Counted from the first letter of the stretch, positions 10,641 to 21,283 are shown. The stretch: DNA of 64,000 bases from an uncultured delta proteobacterium (GCA_963803435.1 CAWDML010000006.1:1-64000); one strand, 5' to 3'. Notes: generated by a model not told the origin, from the letters alone. A program made the numbers and translations.

Positions 10641-11045
10641 ATGGCAAAGAAGAAGGCCACAAAGCAGGAAAAGCCCATTGCAACGCGAACTCTCAAGGCG
10701 TCGAACGAACCAACCGAAGTGCGTGTGGCGATGTGGAAACCGGTTGCGGATAAAGTAGGATGGAAGTGTAGGTTATCAGTTGCTGGTGGGCCGTTCAGGG
10801 TTGATCGCTTTATCCATGGTGAGGATTCGTTTCAATCCATCATCTTGGGGCTAGACGTCATAAGGAGGGTGCTAAAGGAGAGCAAAGCTGAGCTAACTTG
10901 GCTTGAGCTCGACAATACAGGCTTTGTCGCGAGCGTGCCTATTGTTCTACCCAAGAAGTATGCGCTTGCAGCAGAAGCTGCGATAGATGCTCAAGTTGAG
11001 AAATTTGGTCGCGACGCGCTTCGTGCACGCGCGAAGGGAGAGTAA
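10641..11045 (+). CDS. DUF6968-like small protein
   Basis: IATRTL...VRV..WKP....WKC.......GEDSFQSI pattern; GAGG RBS. Confidence 0.6.
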   Translation: MAKKKATKQEKPIATRTLKASNEPTEVRVAMWKPVADKVGWKCRLSVAGGPFRVDRFIHGEDSFQSIILGLDVIRRVLKESKAELTWLELDNTGFVASVPIVLPKKYALAAEAAIDAQVEKFGRDALRARAKGE

Positions 11046-11343
11046 GTTGGCTGCACTCGTCGGAGCAGTGTGACGAGGACAACCCCGAGTTGTAAATGAC
11101 AGAATATCGACCTGTCTGAAGCAGCGAATGGTTCGGAGCGATCGCCTCGGACCCGGCCGCGACGTAGGTTCCACCCGACATGGCCCGAGAGAGCCTTCCT
11201 GGTTTCGACGTTCCCGCGACGGTGGCCGCCCTCAAGCGGTGGCTGGTCGATCAGGCCGGGCATCCGGGGCCTATGGTCTGCGGCCGCGTGTCCTCGCCCA
11301 AGCGCAGGTCGGCTGGGTCAGAGCCCACGGGAGCAGGTAGCGT

Positions 11344-12333
11344 TTGGGCCTCGAAGCATTGGCCCGGGCCTACGTCGCGTGGGCCGAAGCGACCCGCGGG
11401 GCGTCGCGCGAGTCGCTGAAGTCGATGGCCATGCGGTTGCGGCGCTTTGTCCGCTGGTGCACCGAGCGAGAGGTCACGCGACCGACGGAAGTGACCACCG
11501 GGATCCTCGAACGCTACCAACGGTCGCTCTTCCATTACCGCAAGAAGGACGGCCAGCCGCTTCGGCGGAAGACCCAGAACCTCTATCTCATCGAAGTGCG
11601 GTCCTTCTTCCGCTGGCTCAAGAAGCAAGGTCACTTGCCCTTTGACCCTGCCGCCGACCTGGAGCTGATGAAAGTCGAGAAGGCGTTGCTCAGGCACGTG
11701 CTGAAGGCCGAGGAAGTGGACCGAGTGCTCAACGCCATCGACACCACCCACCCCGCCGGCCTTCGGGACCGTGCGATCTTCGAGCTGCTCTACTCGACCG
11801 GCGTCCGTCGGGCCGAGGCCGTCCGGCTTCGGATCGCCGACCTCGACGTCGAGCGTGGAACGGTGATGGTGCGCCAGGGGAAGGGGCAGAAGGACCGCGT
11901 GGTGCCCATCGGCGAGCGGGCGATCGCCTGGGTCGTGAAGTACCTCGACGAAGTGCGCCCGTTGTGGGCTCCGGCCATGGAAGACGACGGTGTCCTGTTC
12001 CTGAGTGATCGGGGAGGACCGTTGGCCCCCGACACGCTGACCAAGATCGGCCGCCGACGGATCGAGGAGTCGGGCCTCTACCAGAAGGGCGACGCCTGCC
12101 ATGTCTTTCGGCATTCGGCCGCGACGGCGATGCTTCGTGGGGGCGCGGACATTCGCCACCTCGCCGAGTTTCTCGGCCACGCGCAACTCACCACCACGCA
12201 GATCTACACCCAGGTCACCGTGGACGATCTGAAGCAGGTCCACACGGCGACGCACCCGGCGGCCGTGCTCAACCGCCAGGGACGCGGCGAGCCGAAGGCC
12301 GACGACAGCGACGACGAAGAACCCCTGGCCTGA
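11344..12333 (+). CDS. XerC-like tyrosine recombinase of the Rhs-associated type
   Basis: LERYQRSLFHYRKKDGQPL, RDRAIFELLYSTGVRR, GKGQKDR, CHVFRH, LGHAQLTTTQIYT. Confidence 0.9.
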   Translation: MGLEALARAYVAWAEATRGASRESLKSMAMRLRRFVRWCTEREVTRPTEVTTGILERYQRSLFHYRKKDGQPLRRKTQNLYLIEVRSFFRWLKKQGHLPFDPAADLELMKVEKALLRHVLKAEEVDRVLNAIDTTHPAGLRDRAIFELLYSTGVRRAEAVRLRIADLDVERGTVMVRQGKGQKDRVVPIGERAIAWVVKYLDEVRPLWAPAMEDDGVLFLSDRGGPLAPDTLTKIGRRRIEESGLYQKGDACHVFRHSAATAMLRGGADIRHLAEFLGHAQLTTTQIYTQVTVDDLKQVHTATHPAAVLNRQGRGEPKADDSDDEEPLA

Positions 12334-12525
12334 GGAATAGGGGCTGCTGCCAGCGTCCATCGGCAGTGGTAGGCTCAGCGTCGTGGACGACTGCTCGTTG
12401 ACCAGCGCCGTCGATCCTTCGGCCGTCGATCCCGTCGCCGACAGCCACCACGTCCACACGCCCGCGATCGTCGCCGACCCCGACCCTCGGCGAGCCGCAG
12501 GCGAGCCACACCACCGATACGAATG

Positions 12526-13111
12526 CCGATCGGCCTTGAAGGTGGAGAAGCGGGATATTTTGGGTATGTGGGAGGGAATCCGATGGGAGCAACGGATCCA
12601 TACGGCTTGTTCGGAGTATGGGGGACGGGGGCTCAGTGCGAAAGAAGGTGTTGATAAGGCGTTGAAGTACCAGGCCGGAGCACCAGCACAGGACCCCTGT
12701 TCTTACGACATCGCAGAAATTCGCAGTTGCTGTATTGCGCTCGCCAAAGCATGTCTTTGTGGTGCGTCTTACTGCAACCTCAGTCAGCTGGTGAGCACAC
12801 ACTGCCAGCAAGGACAGACGCCGCCCTCGCCGGAGCGCATCGAACCGCTAGGAGATGTGATTAAGTGGCCCCTTGACCCTCCAAAGCCACGCTTCAATCC
12901 CTTCACATGTGAGGAGCATCTTGATCTCTGCTTTACCTGCTGTCTGCGGTGCTATCAAGGCACAGAACTCAAGGATTGCCAGAATGGCTGCGGCCTCCAG
13001 AACGTGACGTGCGTGGCGCAGGAGGGCCGCTTTCTCAGAGGCGAGGCCCGGCCATACCTTCCCAGGGCTGATTGTTGGTGGGGAACCTGCGCTGCTGATG
13101 CACGACCATGA
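12526..13111 (+). pseudogene. Orphan Rhs core end plus Cys-rich C-terminal toxin domain (frameshift ~12640)
   Basis: PIGLEGGEAGYFGYVGGNPMGATDPYGL (Rhs DPxGL boundary) at 12526-12609, then Cys-rich frame. Confidence 0.75.
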
Positions 13112-13728
13112 TCAAGTGTCAGGAGGTAATTGAGTGTCTGTTGCTGGTAAATGAAGAACTGCGTCGCATTGAATGGGAAATGGGTCCACTGACAGGCGAA
13201 CAACTTCAGGACTGGTTGGGACAAATTGAGCCACACTTAGGGGATTCGGTCTTGCGAGGGCCTCCTCTCGATCAAGGGCTAGAGACTCTCATTCGAAACC
13301 GGATGGTTGATCCGCGGCTCATTGTGTTTGGGATTAGGTGCTTTTCGAAGGCCCATCGCAACGCGGTTCAACTGTTCCTTGAAGGGCGCTATGTACCCAG
13401 AGTGAATGAGTTGTCAGAACAGCTTGAGCAATGGTTCCCCATTTTGAGCAAAGTTGGTGACCTCATGAGTGTCGCCGCCTTAGAGCGCGTGATATTTGGT
13501 AGTCACATAATGAACTGTGGCATCTTTCGGCTTGATGCACTGCAAGGTTTGCGTCTTCATGCTTATGAAGGGATCGCCCAAGTGCTTGAACGAGGCGCGA
13601 CTGACGAAGACCATCTAGTGAGCGATTTCTGTCGTCTGGCACTAACGACCGACGGGCGTTTATCTACAAACTATGATTTAATATCTATGGTCTTTAGGTT
13701 GAACGTCGACTATCTCAAAACCAAATAG
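13108..13728 (+). CDS. Putative cognate immunity protein
   Basis: ATGA overlap with Rhs-CT stop; low GC; 206 aa. Confidence 0.6.
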   Translation: MIKCQEVIECLLLVNEELRRIEWEMGPLTGEQLQDWLGQIEPHLGDSVLRGPPLDQGLETLIRNRMVDPRLIVFGIRCFSKAHRNAVQLFLEGRYVPRVNELSEQLEQWFPILSKVGDLMSVAALERVIFGSHIMNCGIFRLDALQGLRLHAYEGIAQVLERGATDEDHLVSDFCRLALTTDGRLSTNYDLISMVFRLNVDYLKTK

Positions 13729-13764
13729 CCTCGATCGTAGTCCCATACCTCAATCGGTTAATGT

Positions 13765-15222
13765 CGGGCTTCCGGCTTTCGTGTGGGTCATCGAGAAAGT
13801 TCCGGATAGAGCTCGAGTCCTCCGAGGTGGAAGTAGATCGCGTTCCGAAAGCGCTCTCGGTTGCGGAAGCCGCACGCCTGCCGCTTCACCCATTGGATGC
13901 GGGAGTTGAGGCCCTCGGCCATCGCGTTCGTGATCCCGGTGAGCACGGCGTTGAGGACGCCCTTGAAGTGCCTGCGAATCATTCTGCCCACCTTGACCAT
14001 GGGTTCGAGGCGAGAGCGAGCCATCCAGGCGAGGAGGCGCTTCCAGGCCTTCTCAGCCGAGCGTGGCTGTGTGTAGCCCCATAGCCCCATCGCCGTTTCC
14101 TTCATCGCCCACGCGCGTGCGACCCGAAGGTTGCTCTTGCGCAGCGGCGCGAAGGAACGGTCTTGCTCGGGCGTCATCTTCTCGGGGTTTCGGAGCCACA
14201 GGTAGCGCGTGTTCTTGAGCCGCGTATCGCCGTCTTTGAGCAGCTCTCGATGCTCCTCGAGCCGGACCTTGTTCACCGCCTCGGAGAGGTGCTTCGCGAC
14301 GTGGAACTTGTCGAAGTTGATCAAGTCGTCACCGTTCGGGAGCATCTCGCGGGTGGTCTCGATGTACGGCGCGAACATGTCCATGGCCACCGCCGAGATG
14401 GCTGACCGCTGCTCGGGCGTCAGCTTCGAGAAGAAGCTCTTGAGGCTCTCCTTCGTGCGCTCATCGGCGACGTGCAGAACGCGACCCCTCTCCAAGTCGG
14501 AAACGACGGTCACGTACTGGTGCCTCTTCTGGAACGACGTCTCATCCACGCCCAGCAACGGCGGCGCTTCGAGCTTTCTGCGCGCGAGTCCTCTTCGAAC
14601 TGCGCGTTCCTGAATCCCCGCGACCTCGTCCCAGGTGAGGTCAAGCATTTCGGCGACCGCCTGGATGCTGGCGTGATGAAGCCAGTCGATGACGAGGCAC
14701 TCGAACAGCGCGGTGAAGCGAGCCTTGTCCTCCGCCCAGGGAACCTTCACCTGCCGTACCCCGTGCTCATCGCACTTCGACCGCGGCACCTCGGCCGTCA
14801 GCACCGTCCGGTACTGCATCGTGTCCAGGTGGCGCCATGACCTGGTCCGCGTGTCGTGGCGGGGGCATTTGCCGCCGCACTCCGGGCACAGCACCTCCGC
14901 ATCGCTGCGGTAGGCGACGTAGACGACCACAGAACGCTCCTTCAATTCGACCTCGACGTCGACCACGTCCCACGGGTCCGTCAGTCCGAGCAGGGTCCGG
15001 TACAGCTCTCGGTCACGCATCCTCGGAACGTACGACGCTCGCCGTCGTTGGTGAACCACCGTCGACCGCGGCGGGAAGCTCCCCTTCCCGCCATAGCGGC
15101 TCCTCAGCCGCAGCGGAGGAATCGGTCACCCGAAGGGCCGAAACGAAGTGGAGGAGGCGCGAAGCGCCTTGACGGATTCCGTGAGCGTAGGCTTCCGGTG
15201 CCACCCGAATCCCGGAAGAGCC
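13765..15222 (-). mobile_element. ISL3-family element
   Basis: GGCTCTTCCGG left end at 15222; degenerate right end; 8-bp target duplication gttaatgt (13757-13764, 15223-15230). Confidence 0.92.
13788..15020 (-). CDS. ISL3 transposase
   Basis: CPECG zinc finger, WRHLD, GVDETSF, AMDM, DKFHV, TNAMAEGLN, GFRN. Confidence 0.93.
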   Translation of the reverse strand: MRDRELYRTLLGLTDPWDVVDVEVELKERSVVVYVAYRSDAEVLCPECGGKCPRHDTRTRSWRHLDTMQYRTVLTAEVPRSKCDEHGVRQVKVPWAEDKARFTALFECLVIDWLHHASIQAVAEMLDLTWDEVAGIQERAVRRGLARRKLEAPPLLGVDETSFQKRHQYVTVVSDLERGRVLHVADERTKESLKSFFSKLTPEQRSAISAVAMDMFAPYIETTREMLPNGDDLINFDKFHVAKHLSEAVNKVRLEEHRELLKDGDTRLKNTRYLWLRNPEKMTPEQDRSFAPLRKSNLRVARAWAMKETAMGLWGYTQPRSAEKAWKRLLAWMARSRLEPMVKVGRMIRRHFKGVLNAVLTGITNAMAEGLNSRIQWVKRQACGFRNRERFRNAIYFHLGGLELYPELSR

Positions 15223-15329
15223 GTTAATGTTGACAACCGTTCGCGCCATTCACTTGCACTCGCGCGAGCGATCAGCAGCGTCCAGATCGCTACCGAGCTC
15301 AGAACCAGGAGGAGCCCCACAACGCGCTC

Positions 15330-15484
15330 CATGCGTGATCTCCGAAGAATGGGTAACACCACCTGAAGCTTCGAACTTCATGCATTGGGGCCGGGCCGGC
15401 TAGGAGGGCCGGCTAGCCGGCTGGGAGGTCCAAGCATGCGTGATCTCCGAAGAATGGGTAACACCACCTGAAGCTTCGAACTTC
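15330..15484. repeat. Two identical 50-bp direct repeats separated by 55 bp
   Basis: catgcgtgatctccgaagaatgggtaacaccacctgaagcttcgaacttc at 15330-15379 and 15435-15484. Confidence 0.9.
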
Positions 15485-15504
15485 CGCTCCCGCCCCGGGG
15501 GTTC

Positions 15505-16510
15505 TCGAGGATCTACGATCTCAACGGCAACCTGCAGTACGAATACCTGGAGGACCGGCCGGACAATACCGACCACGCCCGGAAGATCGAGTACGTCTAC
15601 GACTCGACGCTCAAGGATCGCATCCAGTATGTCCGGCACAAGCTGGTCTCGGCCGGCTCCTGGACGCTGGTCACCTCGGACTCGACGAACCCCACCTACT
15701 TCGCATTCGGCGGGTTCAAGACCTGAACTATGCGAACGGCATCGTGGAGACGAACGAATACGATCACGCGCGGCGGCTCACGCGCCGGAAGACGGACACG
15801 ACGTCTCCGGCCGTCACGTACACGGACATCAACCTGTCGTACGACGTCGGCGGGAACATCACCCACTACGACGATCACCTCGGCAAGCGCCACCTCGACT
15901 ACTACACGGCCTACGACGACCTCGATCGCCTGCGATGCGTGGGACGGTCCTCGATCGGCTCCTGCTCGGGGACTGAGCCCTGGTCGTCCGAGGACTTCCT
16001 CGAGTCGTTCGACTATGACAAGTCCGGCAAATCGAACCTACCGGCGCTACGGAGCCTACAGCAGCGAGGACGACGAATACACGTACGCCACCGGGACCGA
16101 CATCATCGACTCGGTCAATGGCGTCGAGATGTCGAACTCCGCCGAGGGCGAGATCACCGAGGCCAATACGCCGACGAACCTCGCGTACACCTGGTCGACG
16201 GACGGCGAGCTCACGGTGGCCAACAACGACTTCCTGGGCGATGTCGACTCGCGCTACACCCACTTCCACGACCGGTACGAGAAGATCGCCGTCTGCAACG
16301 AGAGGCCGACCTTCTACTTCTACGATCCGGCCGGCGGTGGCGGGACCTCGCACCAGCTCCGCGTCCAGGACACCTTCAAGAGCTGTAGCTCAGAGTTCCC
16401 GCGGTACCTTCGCTCGTACATCTACCTCGAGGGCCGGCCGATCGCGGCCGCGTATTCCACCCGCAGCTCGGGCACGGACGACCAGACGGAGGGCGAGACC
16501 TACTGGAAGG
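15505..16510 (+). pseudogene. Rhs/YD-repeat protein internal fragment, frameshifted
   Basis: YDLNGN, YVYD, YDHARRL, YDVGGN, YDDLDRL, YIYLEGRPIA repeats across frames. Confidence 0.8.
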
Positions 16511-16539
16511 TCATCTCGGAAGACCCGGTCAAAGATCAC

Positions 16540-17080
16540 TCTGGGATCGGAATCGGTCGTCATCACGCAGCAGATCCATCCGCTGGCTGGCCAGACGGTG
16601 GGTGTTATTCGGCGTGACAGCTGGCATGGGCGCAACACGATCGTGGTCCGTCTCCCGGGCGGAGGGAGTATTTCGGTTCCGGTCGAGTGGACCGATCAAT
16701 GGCCGCAGCCTTCGGCGCCGGCGAGATCGAAGCTCGATGTCCGCGCGCTCCGAGAGCTACGTGATTTCGTCGACGAGATCGATCGACGGAGAGCAGCCGA
16801 ACACACGATGGTTGATCGATCGACGGTTGATCGATCGACGGTTGATCGATCGACGGTTGATCGATCGACGGTTGATCGATCGACGGTTGATCGATCGACG
16901 GTTGATCGATCGATGGATTCGGACACCAACGAGATCGACTCTGACTGCGAGCGTGACCAAAGGTCCGAGCTACGGATCTCTACCACCGAACGCGCAGGAG
17001 GAGCTTCTCGCGGTATTCGGAAGCCTGATCCACAAGGCGGTCGTGGAGGATCGCGCAGTCGAAAAGGAGGTCGTCGATGA
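16540..17080 (+). CDS. DUF5372-like accessory protein upstream of serine recombinase (start uncertain)
   Basis: VVITQQIHPLAGQ...SVPVEWTD pattern typical of genes preceding this recombinase family. Confidence 0.55.
16810..16914. repeat. Tandem repeat, 7 x 15 bp (ggttgatcgatcgac)
   Basis: Counted directly; encodes VDRST repeats. Confidence 0.95.
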
Positions 17081-18105
17081 GTCCGAAGATTCGGCCCGAG
17101 CACCTGAGTCGTCTCGCGATCATCTACGTGCGGCAGTCGACGCTCATGCAGGTTCACGAGCATCGGCAGTCGACGGAGCGGCAATACAACCTCGCCGACC
17201 TCGCAAAGCAGTACGGGTGGGAGGCCGCGCTGGTGCAGGTCGTTGACGAGGACCTGGCGCACAGCGGCACGAGCACGGCCGATCGATCTGGCTTCCGGAG
17301 GCTCGCCGCCGAAGTGGGCCTCGGTCGCGTCGGCGCGATCTTCTCCCTCGAGGTCTCTCGCTTCGCACGATCGTCGGCCGACTGGCACCGGCTGCTCGAT
17401 CTCTGCTCGCTTTCCGACACGCTGATCATCGACGATGACGGCGTCTACAATCCGAACGACTTCAACGATCGGCTGGTGCTCGGCATGAAGGGCACGATGA
17501 GCGACGCCGAGCGTCACGTGATGAAACTTCGACTTCAGGGGGGACGGGTTCACAAGGCGAAAAAGGGGGAGCTCGCGTTCCCAGCCCCGACGGGATACGT
17601 CTTCGACGGCGGCGCACTCGTCTTCGATCCGGACGAGCATGTTCAACGAGCCATTCGGCTCCTGTTCGAGCGCTTCCGGATCGACGGGTCGGCGCTCGCC
17701 GTGGTCAGATACTTCGCGCAACATGACTTGCAGTTTCCCTCCCGGTACGAGGTCAGAGACGGACCCGCCCAGATCGAGTGGAAGCCGCTTACGCACGCGC
17801 GCGTGATCACCGTGCTGAAGAATCCGCTCTACACCGGGACCTATGTCTACGGGCGCCGACACAATAAGCGCGTGATCGCTGAGGGCAGGATTCGATACCA
17901 ACGCGATCATCGGCTGCCGAGAGACCAGTGGATCTCACTGGTTCCCGATGCGCACCCGGCGTACATCAGCTGGGAACAGCATATGGCGAATCTCAAGCGA
18001 CTCGAAGAGAACTGGACGGCGCGCGGCGGTGCGATCAACCACAAGGGTGCACCGCGGCGCGGTGAGGCATTGCTTCGTGTGCTTCCGGCAGGCGTGCGGA
18101 GCTGA
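17077..18105 (+). pseudogene. Large serine recombinase, truncated before the zinc-ribbon domain
   Basis: IYVRQST, DEDLAHSG, LEVSRFARS, DRLVLGMKGTMS, NPLYTGTYVYGR; ends just after RRGEALL. Confidence 0.88.
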
Positions 18106-18222
18106 TTCTTACGGGTTCTCCGGTGGCCGGGATCAGGCACCGGGGGGAGCGTCGCCTCCGGGCGTGAGTGCGAGCTGACCTGCGTTGTCGACGACGGCGG
18201 CATCGCTGGCGTCGGGATGGAG

Positions 18223-18249
18223 TGTACCGGCGCGGACTGGATGCGTAGT
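18223..18249. repeat. Probable transposon left end (TGTACC...)
   Basis: Inverted match to 4477-4503; cgtag sub-repeats follow. Confidence 0.65.
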
Positions 18250-18418
18250 TCCGAAGCCGTTCGTCCCGCTTTGTCGTAGTCGCGTGAGCGCGTAGCCGCT
18301 CGTTCAACAGCGATCGTGGTGTCCCGTTCCGCGTTGAGCGCGGGAGCGGCCGTTTTCTGGCCAGGAAGGAGGGAAAGGGGGCAATTCAAAGACTCCTACA
18401 TCCACGAAAGGCCCCCAA

Positions 18419-19036
18419 ATGATCGACGAGCGACCATCCCCTCCTGATCTCGAATCATGGCTCGATGCGGAGTACCCGTCCACCCAGAAAGGCGGCACGT
18501 TGATCGAGCCGGCGGTGCGCGAGCTCGAGACGCACGAGGAGTGGATGCGCGCCCCCGGCCGCTACCGTCCGGCCGGATGCCTCCGGTGCGGCGCCACCCT
18601 CCACATCCACGACTACCGACCACGGCAGCTTCGATGTGATCCCTGGGAGCTCACGCAGGTCGTCCGGTTCCTCTGCAGCAACGAGGCGTGCGGCGCCACG
18701 TGGCAGGTGCTCCCGATGTTCATCGCGCGCCACCTCTGGCGAAGCTGGCGCGTGGTCGAGCGTGCCGTCGAGCCGGAATCGTCCACGCCGGTTCCGCCAG
18801 CAACGGTTGAGCGCTGGCGGAGCCGGCTCGGCCTCGGCGCCCGCGTGCTCGTGACCCTCCTCGCGACCGCGAGCAAGGGCGTCCTCGACGCCATCGTCCG
18901 GCTCGTCGGCCTGGACGCGACGCGCTCGGATCTGGTCGAAGCGTTCGCGCGCAAAGCGCGACCCCCGGATGGCGAGTGTCTCGCCGAGATCGCGGAGCTC
19001 GTCCACCGACTGCACCGCGGAGTCCGTCTCATGTAG
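18419..19036 (+). CDS. Zn-ribbon/HTH protein (DUF6431-like)
   Basis: CLRCG..LHIHDYRPR and RFLCSNEACGATWQVLP. Confidence 0.7.
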   Translation: MIDERPSPPDLESWLDAEYPSTQKGGTLIEPAVRELETHEEWMRAPGRYRPAGCLRCGATLHIHDYRPRQLRCDPWELTQVVRFLCSNEACGATWQVLPMFIARHLWRSWRVVERAVEPESSTPVPPATVERWRSRLGLGARVLVTLLATASKGVLDAIVRLVGLDATRSDLVEAFARKARPPDGECLAEIAELVHRLHRGVRLM

Positions 19037-19126
19037 CTGGGGCACATCCCGCCCGCGGGACGCTCGCCGATCGCCGCCGCGTTTTCCCACCAAATCCGTC
19101 GGTCCCATTGGACGAAGCTCCGCGGC

Positions 19127-20464
19127 GTGGAGAGCAACCATGAGATAGCGTTATGGCGCCTCGGCATCCTGGGGCCGTTGATCAGCGCCCGTCTCGAGCA
19201 CGGCGATCGCCGAGCGTACTTCGAGGAGGCGGCCCAGCGGATGTATCAGCGCCCGGACGGCCGCTTCGTGCACGTCTCGGCTCGAACGATCGAGGCCTGG
19301 TACCTCGCGTACCGCCGCGGCGGTTTCGAAGCGCTCGTGCCCCGCACTCGCAACGACCAAGGGCAGAGCCGCGCGATCGACACCGACGTCGCCGAGCTCC
19401 TCCTCCGCGCCAAGCGAGAGCGACCCCGCCGCTCCATCCGCCGGCTGATCCGCATGCTCGAGCGCGCCGGCCGCGTGCGCATCGATACGCTCGCGAAGTC
19501 CAGCGTGCACCGGCTCCTCGCCGCTCACGGGCTCTCCCGCCGACCGGTGCGAGGCCCGTCGGCGGAGCGGCGGTCCTTCCTCGTCGAGTACGCCGGCGAT
19601 CTCTGGATGGGAGACGCCATGCACGGCCCGCTCGTGCTCGTGCCCAGCGGGAAGCTCAGGAAGAGCTACCTCCTCTCGCAGATCGACGCCGCCACCCGCT
19701 ACCTCGTCCACAGCTACTTCGCGCTCGCCGAGGACGCCGTCGCGCACGAGTACGGTTTCAAGCAGGCGCTTCTGACCGGCGGACGGCCGCGCACCTACTA
19801 CGTCGATCGCGGTGCGGCCTACATGGCGGGCTCGCTCGCCGCGATTTGCGCCGAGCTCGGCATCCATCTCGCCCACACCGCGCCCAAGGACTGCGAGGCA
19901 AAGGGTGCGATCGAACGGTGGCACCGCACGTGGCGCGAGGAGGTCGGCGATGAGCTCGGCGAGCGCCTCCTCACCCTCGACGAGCTCAACAGCCTGCACT
20001 GGGCCTGGCTCGGGGCCGAGTACCACGCGCGCCGGCACGACACGACGGCCCGCGAGCCGCGAGCCCACTGGCTCGAGCAAGCACGGCACCTGCGCGCGCT
20101 CCCCAAGGACAAGAAGATCGACGAGGTCTTCCTGCACCGCGCAAAGCGCACCGTCCGAAAGGACGGCACGGTCCGCTTCGGTGGGCGCTTCCTCGAGGTC
20201 CGCGCCGAGCTCACCGGTCGTGTCGTCGAGCTACGCTTCGACCCGACCGATCAAGACGCCCGCCCGCGCGTCTTCGTCGAGGACCGCTTCGTCTGCGACG
20301 CCGTGCCCCTCGACCGCATTCGAAACGCCACCCGCAGGCGCCGCCGGGATCTCGGCGTGCCGGATCCCACCGCCGAGCCGAGCGGACTCGACCCGCTCCA
20401 GCTCATCGAGCGCGACCACTACGAGCGCACCCGCGTGCGCCATGACGACGAAACGGAGGACTGA
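19127..20464 (+). CDS. DDE transposase (IS481/Mu-like) with C-terminal SH3-like domain
   Basis: WMGD, YVDRG, KGAIERWHRT triad; RTVRKDGTVRFGG...ELRFDP. Confidence 0.9.
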   Translation: MESNHEIALWRLGILGPLISARLEHGDRRAYFEEAAQRMYQRPDGRFVHVSARTIEAWYLAYRRGGFEALVPRTRNDQGQSRAIDTDVAELLLRAKRERPRRSIRRLIRMLERAGRVRIDTLAKSSVHRLLAAHGLSRRPVRGPSAERRSFLVEYAGDLWMGDAMHGPLVLVPSGKLRKSYLLSQIDAATRYLVHSYFALAEDAVAHEYGFKQALLTGGRPRTYYVDRGAAYMAGSLAAICAELGIHLAHTAPKDCEAKGAIERWHRTWREEVGDELGERLLTLDELNSLHWAWLGAEYHARRHDTTAREPRAHWLEQARHLRALPKDKKIDEVFLHRAKRTVRKDGTVRFGGRFLEVRAELTGRVVELRFDPTDQDARPRVFVEDRFVCDAVPLDRIRNATRRRRRDLGVPDPTAEPSGLDPLQLIERDHYERTRVRHDDETED

Positions 20465-20467
20465 TTC

Positions 20468-21283
20468 ATGTACCGCAAACGCTTCGGCCTCACCGGCCAC
20501 CCCATGCCCAAGGACGCACAGGGCAAGACCTTCATCGAGAGCGGAGACGGCTACGCCCGCCTCGGGCGCGCCTTTCGCCGGCTCGCCGACGAGCCCGGTC
20601 TCGGACTCCTCACCGGCGAGGCGGGCCTCGGGAAGACCGCCGCGATGCGCAACCTCTGTGCGCAGCTCCCGAAGCCCGACTACCTCGTCATCTATCACTG
20701 CGACACCGCCGTCGCGCCTCTCGATCTCTATCGCTCATTGGCGATCGAGCTCGGCGTCCGCCCGTCGCATCGGCGCGCCCAGCTGTGGGCCGACATCAAG
20801 AAGGCGCTCCTCCACATGGTCGACGAGCGAAACACCGCGCCGATCGTCGTCATCGACGAGGCCCAGCACCTCACTGATCGATTCCTCATCGATCTGTCCG
20901 GCTTCCTCAACTTCGCCTTCGACAGCCGCGACATCCTCACCATGTGGTTGGTCGGGCTCCCGCAGCTCAGCCGCCACCTCCAGATGCAGCAACACGCGCC
21001 GCTCGCGATGCGCATCGCCGCGCGCGTACACATGGAGCCCTGGGCGGACCGCGAAGCCTTCACCGCCGTGATCCACCAGAGCATAGAGGCCGTCGGAGGC
21101 AAGAAGAAGATCCTCAGCGACCCCGCCATGGAAATGCTCTTTCGGAGCAGCCGCGGGCTCCTTCGCGTCGCCGCCCAGCTGCTGCGCGAGGCGCTCCGCG
21201 TCGCGCACGAGCGCGATCAGGACTTCGTGGACGAGCACGTGATGGAGGAGGCCGTCGACAACGTCCTCGCGCCGGCGCCATGA
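20468..21283 (+). CDS. ExeA/MuB/TnsC-like AAA+ ATPase
   Basis: YRKRFGL..HP, TGEAGLGKT, VVIDEAQHL, LVGLP, SRGLLR. Confidence 0.9.
   Translation: MYRKRFGLTGHPMPKDAQGKTFIESGDGYARLGRAFRRLADEPGLGLLTGEAGLGKTAAMRNLCAQLPKPDYLVIYHCDTAVAPLDLYRSLAIELGVRPSHRRAQLWADIKKALLHMVDERNTAPIVVIDEAQHLTDRFLIDLSGFLNFAFDSRDILTMWLVGLPQLSRHLQMQQHAPLAMRIAARVHMEPWADREAFTAVIHQSIEAVGGKKKILSDPAMEMLFRSSRGLLRVAAQLLREALRVAHERDQDFVDEHVMEEAVDNVLAPAP

Noticed and set aside
11344-13728. Integron
   Set aside because: The recombinase lacks a recognisable IntI insertion and no attC series was found
15330-15484. CRISPR array
   Set aside because: Only two repeats, 50 bp with a 55-bp spacer, and no cas genes in the window
16810-16914. 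CRISPR or iteron origin
   Set aside because: Contiguous units without spacers; no Rep gene or AT-rich region next to it
20468-21283. Type II secretion ExeA
   Set aside because: No secretion genes nearby; coupled to a transposase in both copies
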